Shown: positions 53,201 to 64,000 of the stretch, one piece after another
Numbering within the stretch: the stretch's first letter is position 1
How the letters are laid out: each line of letters opens with the position of its first letter
Notes under the pieces: generated by a model
Seen by the model: only the letters and a program-made list of their open reading frames with translations
The model's database searches: none
Told to the model about the DNA's origin: nothing
Position numbers and translations under genes: made by a program
Source: Geosiphon pyriformis uo1
Taxonomy: Eukaryota; Fungi; Glomeromycota
Direction of reading: 5' to 3'
DNA length: 64,000 bases
Assembly (NCBI GenBank): GCA_016748015.1
Contig: JAAOMT010000198.1
Coordinates: 294,797-358,796 of the forward strand

Positions 53201-56200
53201 TAGACTACAGAATTCATAATGGGTTGGATCAGAAGGAGGTTTTTTCTCCATTATTTTGGAGAATCTTTTATGATCCACTTTTGTGTGAAGTAAAAAGACA
53301 TGAGCATTTATGTGGGTACAAAATTGATTCTAGGTTTATGGCAAAGTCTGGTAAAATTGAGCTGAGTGGTAAAAAAACTTCTTTTTTGGCTGCTGGTGCC
53401 TTTGTTGATGATACAATTTGGGTTGATAGTTGTTATACATCTATGCAGTATATTTTGAACATTGCAAATGAGTTTTTTGTGATCAATAACATCTTAATCA
53501 ATATTGATAAAACAGTAACTATTCCTATCAATTAAGAAATTAAAAATGTTTCACTGTCAATCAATAGATTGCTGATTTCAATTGCTAAAAAAAGTGAGTT
53601 ATACCAGTATTTGAGCATCTTTCTATTAATTGAGAGTCTTTCTAAGCCCAGTGTGGCTCAAGTTCATGTGAATGTCAGGTTTTTTTCTAATGTAGTGTTG
53701 AGAAAGACTATCCTGGACAAGCAGTTTTGTTATTTGGTGTTGACGGTCTTGCAACCTATTGTTAATTATTATACACAATTCAGTTTTATTTTTTCAGATG
53801 TGTATCACAAGTAAGATATTATGGTTAGAAAAAATCTTAGGGCCAAAGCTGGTTTACCATGTGACTTTTTCAATGAAATCTTGTATTACACTTTTTTGTA
53901 TGATTTGAAGCCCTTTAAGCAAGTACAGTCTAAAGGGAAGCTGGCATCACTGATCTTGTTCTCTAATGAATGTGATATTCTTAGACACTTATTTGATCAT
54001 AGATTCTTGGATTTGCAAGTTCTGGAATGATCTCCTCTGAATCCTTTAAAGTTTTCTGTTAGGTTGTGTGTTAGTTCTGTGAACAATTTTTTGGCAGGGG
54101 TAGTAAAGATTTTTTTGGAAAATAGATTGTCATTAACAAACAATTTGCCTTGTGTTTTTTGTGGATCTGGTAACTTTCCGATGTCTGGTATCTTGGGTCA
54201 ATCCATGTATTACAAATCTATTCTTTCATTAAAGCAATTTGATATAGTATTTGATAACAGAATTTTTAATAAGAAAGAGAAGTTGATGGACTGAAAAACA
54301 TTTTATTGTTGGAAGTGGTTAGACCTAAGGGGCCCAGTGCCTTGCTGATTTTCTTTAACATTTGATTTCTTGAACAAATCTGTTTTTTTGGAGGTTAAGA
54401 CTATTGCTGCTATTGGAAAGAACATGCTGAGTGTTTTAGATTCTGATAGGTTTCTTGATGTTCGTGATAATTTATTGGAGGTGTGGTCTGATTGGATTGA
54501 GATTTATACAGATGGATCCTTAAGATGTGCTGGTTCTGTTGAGATGGCAGGTGGAGCGGCTGCATACTTTTTAGCTGCAGATACAGGTATTGGAATTAGA
54601 GTGACTGGGCTTTTGTCTTCTATTTTGACTGAGTTGTAAGCTGTAGTATTGGCTTTAGAGTGTGTTCTATCTTTGTGCTCAGTGGTTTTGTACTTGGATA
54701 GTCAATTTGCAATTGATGCTTGTATCTCCAAGGCTTCTGTTGCCATGCCCAACTTCCATAACCAATGTTAGATTGAAAGATTGCATATAGACAATCTTCT
54801 TGAAAGTAAAAATATTTCAATTAGGTGGGTAAAAGTTAAGAGTTATTTAGATGTGTTAGGCAACATTAGAGCTGATGCATTGGCTAATGAGGTGATTTCC
54901 TTATTTCTTTCTTTGCTGGTAAGAATTCAGAAAAAGTTTCTGGTCACTGAAGAAACTGCCATATCTGGCAATGTTTGTCATTTTGTTTGAGACTTATACT
55001 GGTCAATATGCTATGCCTGTTGGAAGACTGGTCCAGGTTTTGATATAATTCTGAACACTATGATTAAAAAAATAGATTGGGGGGCTACTGCAATAATTTG
55101 GCACCTTAATTCACACATGCTTTCTGGATTTACCAGTAGAAAGTTAGCCAATTTGCATACATACTTGATAAAGACTGTTTACAGGCAGTTGTCAGTTGTG
55201 GTTAGAAAGAGGTTGTATAACAAAAGTTATCCTGGAGTGTTGTATTTGCTGTATAACAAAATGGAGTTATCTGATCATGTTTTTACTTGTTTTGGTAACT
55301 TTGGTCTCCATGGAAACATTTTGTTTGAAGCTGCTAAAAAATGGATGTCAATGTCTGGTCTTATGAGTTCATCTACATCTGCTGTTTTGCATTTGCTTTT
55401 ATTGTGTTCTTCGAATATAGGTCTCTATATGGCAGTTTGCAAGAGCTTTGTGATGAGAAATTGGTATGTTAAAGCTGTTTTAGTTTTTGAGGGGCAAAAA
55501 AAGACTGCTTTAGCCCTTGTAGAATATGTCAGGTTTGTGATAGAATTGTATTGCACTAGAGTATAGACTATTAGAACCAAGTATAAAGTGAATATAGAAA
55601 AGACTGGCTTGGTTGGAGATAATAGTCTGATTTCTGTTTTGTCTGACTGTGTAGTTTTTAGGTTGTTAGCTGGTACTGTTTGTATGCTTGGTGTTATAGA
55701 ATCAGGTTTGATAGATGCAAATTGTGTCATTTTTTCTCTGGTTAGATGGTGATGCTTTTATTAGCATAAGTGTGTAGTGTTGCTTTGTCTGGCCCAAGTG
55801 GCTGGCCACATGTAGTCTGTGTGTGAGCTGCATTTAGTTGGTTTCATTTAATTTGGTTCTATGTATTAGATAGCAGTTGGACTTCACTTGTTAAACTTGT
55901 AATAAAAAAAAAATATAATAAATTAAAAAATACAAAATATAAATAAAAAATATATTAAATTAAAAAATAAAAAACATATTAAATTAAGGAATAAAAAAAT
56001 ATAAGATTAAATACAATTTATGATTATTTTTATATAAATAAGACAATATAATAAGTTAAATAATTAAATTATGTTATAATTTATATATTATAATAATATA
56101 TTATTATAATATAAAATAATATTATTATAGAATATTTGTTTATATATTTTATTAAAAAAAAAAGATATGGTCTTATGGTAATTAATAATAACATAATATA

Positions 56201-56212
56201 TATTTGTCTTTT
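47280..56212. repeat. Unclassified ~2-kb repeat, copy B (inverted relative to copy A), split by LINE copy 2
   Basis: About 47280-49112 and 55909-56212 match the reverse complement of copy A. Copy B holds the empty site for hAT copy 1, and copy A holds the empty site for LINE copy 2. Confidence 0.8.
49113..55908 (+). mobile_element. Full-length LINE copy 2, inactivated (same domain order as copy 1, diverged subfamily)
   Basis: ORF1 MSKKKAPK (49257) ... AKFGEIKSIKIQL and ENCGHFSHSTVEC. ORF2 starts at ATG 51097: RVATCNIRG, ILGGNFNE, AFVDDTIW, IYTDGS, YLDSQFAI and GNIRADALA; stop at ~55777. Poly(A) at ~55901-55908. TSD aaaaatataa at 49103-49112 and 55909-55918. Confidence 0.93.
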
Positions 56213-57749
56213 TAAAACTTTTTATAATAAAAAAATTAATTATTAATAATATTTTAATTATATATTATATAATTAATTTGTATTTAATTTTAATAATTTA
56301 AATTACAATAAAAATTTATTAAAGAGTATTATTTAAATTTTGGTCTTGTTTTAAATTACAATAATTTTTTATAAAATTTTGTAAATTTTATTATATTATA
56401 ATTATATAATATTATCTTAATTAATTTAAATAAATAGTTATATATAAAAAAACATATTATATTTATTTATTAATAATTTTAATAAATATTAATTTAATTA
56501 AAATAAAAAATAACTTTTTTTTATATAAAATTAAATATAAATTACATATGTTAATTTTTTATTATAATACTAGTATTATTAACAACAAATTATTATTTTG
56601 TAATTACATATCCTTAAAAATATATAAAGATATTAAAATTTTGTATTATTATTTTACAAGAACTATATAATATTTTTGAAAATAATAATATTATATAAAT
56701 ATAATTTGTAATTTTATAAAAAAATATAATTACTTATAAAATTAAAAAAAAACTTATTAAGTTTATTTGTTATTAAATTATATTTTATCATAATATTTTA
56801 AAACTCTTTAATTATAAACTTGTTAATATGTTTTTATATATAGTTAAATATAACACTATAATATAAATAATATTACATATTAAAAATAAGTTAATTTAGC
56901 AAAAAGAGTGAATTAATTTAGCAATTCTTTAAATAAAAATATAAAAACTTATTAAAATAATTTAAAAGTTATTTAAACTTTTTTTTATATATATATAAAA
57001 ATATGTTTAAAAGACTATTTGCTTAATAATTTTGATTTTTTCACAATATACTTTAATATTTTAAAATGTATTTTTTTTTAAAAACATTTATTGGTTTAAA
57101 GTGTTTTTTTATAATTAAAAACTTGTTGTTTTATTAAAAGTGTATTTTTTATTAAAAATTCTTTTAAATTACACATTTTTATTATGTTAAAACAAAAAAA
57201 ACAAAGTAGATATTACTTTAAATATTAAAAATTCATTCAATTTACTATTGATTTCTATTTAAAATGTTTACAAAAAAAATATAATTATAATAAATTTTTG
57301 ATATTTTTTATAAAAAATAAATTAGTTTATAGATTTTATTAAAGACTATTTAATAATACATTTTTTATTATTATGTTTTTATTTATAAAACTTTTATATT
57401 TTAAAGTATTTAATTTTTTTAGAATACTTACACCATATATAAATAATAAAATATAAACAAAAAATTTATTAATACATATTTTTAAATAATAAAAAGTATG
57501 TATTTATTAAAAAAATTATAATTAATATTTGTTTTTTTATATATAACTTAAATTATAATACTTTAGATTTGTATAATATGTATAATACAAAACAATATTG
57601 TATTTTTAATTATTTTGTTGTAATATTTTTGTCTTTGGTTTGACAAAAAATATTAACATTAAATTATTATTTATTTTATTGTTTATAAAAATATGCACTA
57701 ATGCCTTAAGACTCATATTAATCATAAATATGTAAATATATAAGTTCAA

Positions 57750-58340
57750 TTGTATTTATTGGTTTTGTAATAAAAATCAATCACCCACATTGTTGAGGTT
57801 TTCATAAAAAATTAGTTTTTTGAATGTCCCATTCTAGTTTCGAACTTGCAACAAGTTTAATATTTTATATTAGAAATCTTTCTTTTTTACATTTGCATTC
57901 TCTTTAACTATGATAATAATTGGTGGTAATGAATAATTTTTAACAACTTCTAGTTCAACTAAAAGTCAAACACCTTGTGAACATTTAAGTTTTTTACTTT
58001 CTTTTATGATCAAGAAAGTCTTTAAATTTGTTTGATTGGCATCAAAACACAAATTAGCAGGCCAAAATTTTGGTTTTCGTCGTTTTTCATATCGAATACT
58101 CTCTTTCATGGGTTTGATTTATTGTGATTGATTGTGATTGATGAAATACTTTTCCATGAGTTTCCATTAACATGACACTTGCGGCTAGATTTAATTTATC
58201 CATTTGAAATTATAGGCCCACCATTCATTGTCGAACTCTTGCATTGGAATTTCGAATGTTTGATTAATATTAAAAAGAACACGTTTTTGGTTTGGGTTTA
58301 AAGTTTGGTCTGAGATTAAAGTTGCATTAGTTGGGTTCAT
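57750..58340 (-). pseudogene. 5' fragment of a Mutator-like (MULE/FAR1-type) transposase gene
   Basis: ATG at 58340: MNPTNATLISDQTLNPNQKRVLFNINQTFEIPMQEFDNEWW, then EKRRKPKFWPANLC and ELEVVKNYSLPPI with stops and frameshifts. From memory this resembles the N-terminus of Glomeromycotina MULE transposases. The catalytic core is not clearly readable. Confidence 0.55.
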
Positions 58341-58690
58341 TATATAAAAAACTACATAATCCTTACACATTAATGATCATGAAGTTGGGCCTCAAAGCTT
58401 TTATTTGAGCCTTGCAAATAAAATGAATGAAATTTTTGTTTAAAAAAAATAAACCATGAAAAAATACGCACAAGAGGTGGGATGATCATGCATATGCAAC
58501 ATAATCATATAATGGCACCTGGCTTTATCGGTTCCCCTAATGGCAATATAAAGCGATAAGAGACCGAGGCATTTCCATAAAGTATGTCATTTTTCATCAA
58601 AATTGTTAATTCGATTAAAGTACAGTTTTATTTAAAAATGAACAAAATTTTTGTCGGTCCTAAATTTCTATGATAAGTTCAAATGATAAT

Positions 58691-61600
58691 CTAATGACCC
58701 CACGTCAATCGTTCAAAATGATCGGTTTTTCGGGCTGTAGGTTTTACAAAGCCCAGGAGTTGTAATTCGCCAACACTACGTATAAATCTTGCTCTTGATT
58801 CAAATTAATACTTGATTAAGGAATATCAAAGAAAAAACCATTGAGAACTGGACTGAATAAAGAAATATCGAAGGATACTGAGCCTCGCTCTCTCCAATTA
58901 ACTCTTTTTTTTCTATAATAGACCGAAAAGCCACCAACCAATCGTACATGTTGATCATCTTCCCACATTCTAGATAAAGTTTGTATAATATACAGGTATC
59001 TTGTTCAGTGGGAAGAATCTGATCTATATCATCTTCGTCATCTTCATAGTGGCAGCAATCACAATTTATGTAATGTCTGGGGTGCCCGAGGCCTGATTGG
59101 ATTGCTGTGCGTGGTTGGACGGTGAAGCCCTTAATAAATTAATCAATCTATTAGTATAATGGTATTGTTTTTATATCAAAGAGAAATTTTATTTTATTAA
59201 ATCGTACATTTTTCAGGAGCTTCGTAACATCGTAATAAACAATTTCATGAAGCATGATCGTGGAATAATGCTTTAGATAAGCACTTGAAACAAAATATTA
59301 TAGTTAATATGTAAATATAAGAGATTGTTATCAATCACATAAAAACTTACTCGAAAATGTTGTCAAAGAATTGACTGATTTCAGCCACCAAAGAGGTGTA
59401 GTTTTTCACAGAGCCAATTGCGCCATCAATTAGATTCTTCTTGGCAACATTAGTAGCTCGCGAACTTTGGTGGGCAAAAGCACTTAGGAGTCCAGGATGT
59501 TTGGAGGATTGATCGATGTTTGAAGATCGGGAAGAATTTTGCTCTGCTTTGTTTTCTTCCGCATATTGCTGTTCAATTGCAAATAATCGGGTTGAAAAGT
59601 CGACAATAAGTGAAATTTCATCAGTCACACAAAGTGTTGCGTAGGGATTTGTGCTGAGATAATTGGAGCAATTGTGCAAAAAGTTTGACAAACTAGTTGA
59701 ATCCAGTTTCCTAGATATGGATGAAAAGAGAAATCATATTAATAAATCCTCGGATGATAAAATTGACATCAGTAAAAGAGGTCAAACCAAACTTCAAATT
59801 TTCCAGTAAATCTTTAATGTGATACGCACTGCGCAGTCCTTCTTCTTCCCTCAGAGCTAGATAGTAAAGCAAATGTTTTGGTTTTCTTGATATCGCAAAT
59901 CTATGATCAAATGACTGTTGCAGGAGCCAGACAAACTCAAAAGCTATTGCAAACTTTTTGTGATATAATCCGATGGTGTGAACGATATCAGGCAAAAGAT
60001 TCTTGAGGTAATCGTCATCCTTCAAAAGACTGCGAACCTCATTTGTATTAGAAAGTCGTTGTTCTACATACCTATCAAACTCTGTTAAAAATCAAGATTA
60101 AAATATAAATATCAACGGGAAGTATCACTCACCGCCTAAAAGATTGTTGCATTCGAATATTCTCCAAGTGATTCTTGCTTAAGAGAGGAAGCCTTTTTTT
60201 TACTTCATCCGATTCGATTCCGGCTAAAATACTCAATGGATTCGCGTAAAAATGATGCATTACCGCATACTATAATATATAAGGCAGGAATTAGTTTTTC
60301 TTCAATCAATCCTAAAAAAATTCTTAAATTAGACCTTAAATTTCGACACAAAGGACGCAACAGAATAATTGTGTAACAAAAAAATATTATGCAGCAATTT
60401 ATATGGCCCCTGGGCAAGTTTGATCCCGTGAGGATTTTCTACTAAAAGCTATTATAAAAAAATGTATGTTGATAATTAGAGATAAGCGTAAAAAAACAAA
60501 AAAACACGATTTCTAACCTCCGAGACTATTTCATTAAGAGATTTCTCGGGTTTCTGCATGTGTATCTTTTCTATTCTTAACAAGCCCAATATTGATTTTG
60601 ATAATGCTTTTTGAAAGCTCTCTATTGTCGTTGCTACCCCTATCAATAATACAACTGCTAATCGATCTTGGTAGTTGCTAAATAAATAATAGTTAATCCA
60701 GAAATGCCTAAAAAGCACTAGACAATAAAATACATGGATAGTACCTGCAGCTATATATTAAGTCCTCCAATAGTGATGGTTCGAATGCTTCAGAATCTTG
60801 AATCAGAATGACTATTTTTTGCTGAGGTGTTTGATCTATATGCAGAACCTTCATTTAATATAACCGGAATGAGATATTATGAATATTAATATTCCATTAT
60901 TAAAAAAATGACTTACCCTGATAATTTTGCTGTTGCTTATCACACTTATTTTCAAACCATTGAGCTAAGACTTCAATATCGTATTTGGGCAAGCAGGTAT
61001 CGGCCTTTTTATTGAAATATTGATAAGAAAATTTGAATTTACAAAATGATGAATGTAGTGATGAAGGCTTACTGAACTTGTTCCCTAATTGAAAAGGTCA
61101 TCTCTTCCATTTGATCCTAGTTATTCAATGTTGAGTATTAAGACAAAGTTAAAAACAAATTGAAAGCTCATCCGCAGAGTTATACCTCTTCATTTTCAAA
61201 ATCTGGGTTGAAATCAATTATTTGATCGCTTAAAGATTTCATGAGAGACTTCATATTCACACAGTCTTTGGATTGAAGAACAGCAACGTGATTTGATTCT
61301 TGTTGACGTAATCTTTGGGCGATTTGCGAAAATAGCATCTCATGATCAGGGATGTTGATCCCTAAAAAGCAAAAACAATCGAAGTATATGAGTTGAAATA
61401 GTGAATCAATAATTCAATCAAGAGGTATACCTGCAAAAAGTAAAGCTGCTGGGATTTCTCGAGATGGGAGTGTAAACCCACTAAAGATAAAAATTAATAC
61501 TTAAATATCGAAAATCTTTAAATTTATGGCTTGAAAATAAACGCCCTAAAAAACAATTGAGGTTTCTAGCTAGGAGATATAAAACCTGTTTTTCAATTTC

Positions 61601-62092
61601 CTTTGCCGAAGTCCCAATTTTATAGAAATTCAACTTACTGAATGTTTGCACCTTCCAGCGAAGTGTAAGCACTATTTACAAAGAATGTGAGTTCATCAAT
61701 AGAAGATTGGTTAACATTCAACAGGGCGTTCTATTTAAGAAATTATAAGTTTTTTTGAATCGGACTTTAGAAACTTTCTAAGGTGTAAAAAGCTGGCTTA
61801 CGTCGACTTTAGACTGTATTTCCGACAAGTTCCTATAGCAATCACAGTGCCTGAGTTTCAAAGCCTCAGTTGGCTCTGCTCCAGCTAACAGGTTCTGGAA
61901 ACCTGAGGATTCGAAGTGAGAACCGTTTCCCTTTGAGGTTGAGGTATCTGAGACGTTTTTTGGTTGTATAACCACGCAGCTCTATAAATAATTGCAAGTT
62001 AAGGGAAGTAGTGGTGTTTTATGATTTCAAATTAGTAATATAAGAACCTTAGAAATAGTATCGAGGGAATCTTCGGAAAAGACAAGAGGCAT
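58691..62092 (-). CDS. ORC3: Origin recognition complex subunit 3 (multi-exon)
   Basis: ATG at 62092 ([15 protein letters not shown]). Motifs: [16 protein letters not shown]; [20 protein letters not shown]; VLLIGVATT; [15 protein letters not shown]; [20 protein letters not shown]; [33 protein letters not shown] (TAG 58691-58693). Confidence 0.93.
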
Positions 62093-62159
62093 GGTGTAAA
62101 GTCAAAAATTACGTGTTTACTGCTATCGAGGTGAAAAATTTGCTTGTAATATTAAGAAT

Positions 62160-63740
62160 ATACTAAATTACTATATAATTGTTGCCAATTCATAAAATAT
62201 TATTAATAAAATTACCAGTGATTAGAAATAATTTAAAACTTGTTTAACTTTCTATCTGATCTAATTTGGTCATAAATCTACTATCAATATAGTAATTATT
62301 AAATTGCTTGTACTTTTTAACTTTGCATAAAAGAGGATTATAAAAAATTTGTCACAATAAAGAAAAGATCTTATTTTAATTTAAATTATTATGAACTTTA
62401 TAACTACTTATAAATCTAATATCTATTATAATATAATTAATTCTGTTAGTATAAATACTACCAAAAAATTTAATAAAATTATCACATATTTTAATTTTAT
62501 GTAAATTATTTTTAAGATAAGACCAGTCTACTAAATTATATACTTTGTATATATTTTATAAAATAAGTTATAATTCATGGTTTTTTTCAAGATATTTTTT
62601 ATTATTAATTTTATTATAAAAATTGGTAAAAATATTAAAATACTCTTTATGACTGAAAATTTATTTTTATACAGAATATTAAATTTGTTATAAATATTAA
62701 AAATATAATTAAACAAGATTTTTAATAAAATTTTTCTTGTAGTTTTAATTAACACAATTAAATAAATATTAATTAAACACTTATCCAATTATAAAGCTTA
62801 GAAATTATTAAAACTTATATATGTTTTTACTAAATAAATATAAACTCTAAAATTAAGCAAAAATTTAACAAACTTAAAAACAAGTTAATAATACTTTTAT
62901 TATATTGTTTTTATAATTTATTTATAATATTTAATAATTCAACTGTTTTGCTATTAAAAAAATTTTTAATTATATTATAAAGCTTTAATTAATCAATTTA
63001 ATCTATTATATAAATAAAAACATTATTATTATATAATTAAAAAAAAAATACTGGTTTTATTAAAAAAAAATTTATTTAATATTATACAGATTTGTGTTTA
63101 TTTTTTTATAATAAATTTACAAATAATTTAACATCTTTAAAATTCAATACAAATTTGTTATTAATTATTAAGTAATTAAAAATTATCTTGTAAAATAGAT
63201 ACTTTAATATATTGTATATTATTTGGTTTTTATTATTAACAAAATTGTTTATATATTTACTAATTATAATATTAATTTTATATAATTTAATTCTTGAAAC
63301 TTTAGAAAATGATAATATTTTTTGTTTATAATAGAACCAAATATAATATATTATAATTTAAATTATTATATACCAAATTTTAGATTATAATAATTTTCAA
63401 AAGATTTAAAACTAATTATTTGATTATAAACTAAATAAAACTAAAATTTAGAACTAAAACTAACACTTTAAAAATTTTAGACACCAAAATTTTTAATTTA
63501 TAAAAATAGAATATGTACATATTTTTTATACAAAATAATTTATTAAACTAAAACTTTAAAAATATTTATTCTATATTATAATACATAATATTTTTAAACA
63601 AAATTTATATTGTATTTAGATTACTATTTGTTCTTAAAACTTTAAAAGCATTCAAAAATACAACAGTTAAAGATAAAAAAACTTTTTTAAATATTGCTTA
63701 TTTCGAATTATTAATGTTTTTAAAATTGAATTTTTAGTAA
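62160..63740 (-). pseudogene. Extremely decayed LINE ORF2 (RT region) relic
   Basis: ORF 62531-62788 (LINIYLIVLIKTTRKILLKILFNYIFNIYNKFNILYKNKFSVIKS) aligns residue for residue with 52831-53175 (TNTRLIALVNTACKILSKILSDQISLACNKFNVLCGNNFLVLKG). Boundaries are approximate. Confidence 0.7.
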
Positions 63741-63751
63741 TTTTTGTTAAC

Positions 63752-64000
63752 TTATTTATTTTTATTTTTTTTTATTGCTTTATGAGTGAGGTCCAAATGC
63801 CACCTAATACAATACATCATATAAATAATCTAAACTAGGTGCAAATTATGCTTTTTCTACATGTAACCAGCCACTCAGACTGATCAAGACACCACTACAC
63901 AGCTATGTGAACTGAAACATCATTGCCAATACCAAAAAAGAATGAACATGACCTACGGAAACCAAAACGAACACTAAAAGCATCAACAATTCTAAGCAAC
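63752..64000 (-). mobile_element. 3' end of a third LINE copy (continues beyond the window)
   Basis: ORF2 end LLRIVDAFSVRFGFRRSCSFFFGIGNDVSVHIAV*. The 3' UTR motifs gagtggctgg-acatgtag and ttggacctcactcataaa are shared with copies 1 and 2, followed by an A-rich tail. Confidence 0.85.

Noticed and set aside
49113-55908. Alternative genetic code (TGA/TAG read as Trp) in the LINE ORFs
   Set aside because: Stops of all three types and frameshifts differ between copies, and host genes use TAA, TAG and TGA as stops. The pattern reflects mutation.

Overview
Eukaryotic, intron-rich, very AT-rich fungal DNA. Gene and TE content suggest an early-diverging Mucoromycota/Glomeromycotina fungus, and the LINE/Gypsy proteins remind me of Geosiphon-type elements (inference, not searched). 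Three small gene islands with normal CpG content carry five spliced housekeeping genes: NIC96 (1307-5124, -); a SYN8-like SNARE, an XLF/Nej1-like gene and mitochondrial uL15m (25573-30168); and ORC3 (58691-62092, -). The rest is nested, dead TEs whose junctions can often be read to the base: two hAT copies, a 1-kb TGT...ACA foldback (Ginger-like) element inside hAT copy 2, two full-length APE-RT-RNase H LINEs plus a third 3' end and older relics, a Ty3/Gypsy element with an adjacent inverted solo LTR, and a MULE-like transposase remnant. The two best leads are (1) a nested retroelement made almost entirely of two 1.4-kb LTRs around a 140-bp PBS/PPT core (42402-45356), and (2) pervasive C>T/G>A hypermutation of repeats, not limited to CpG, that stops sharply at gene islands (RIP-like). 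Two N-gaps are flanked by exact duplications that are assembly artefacts.
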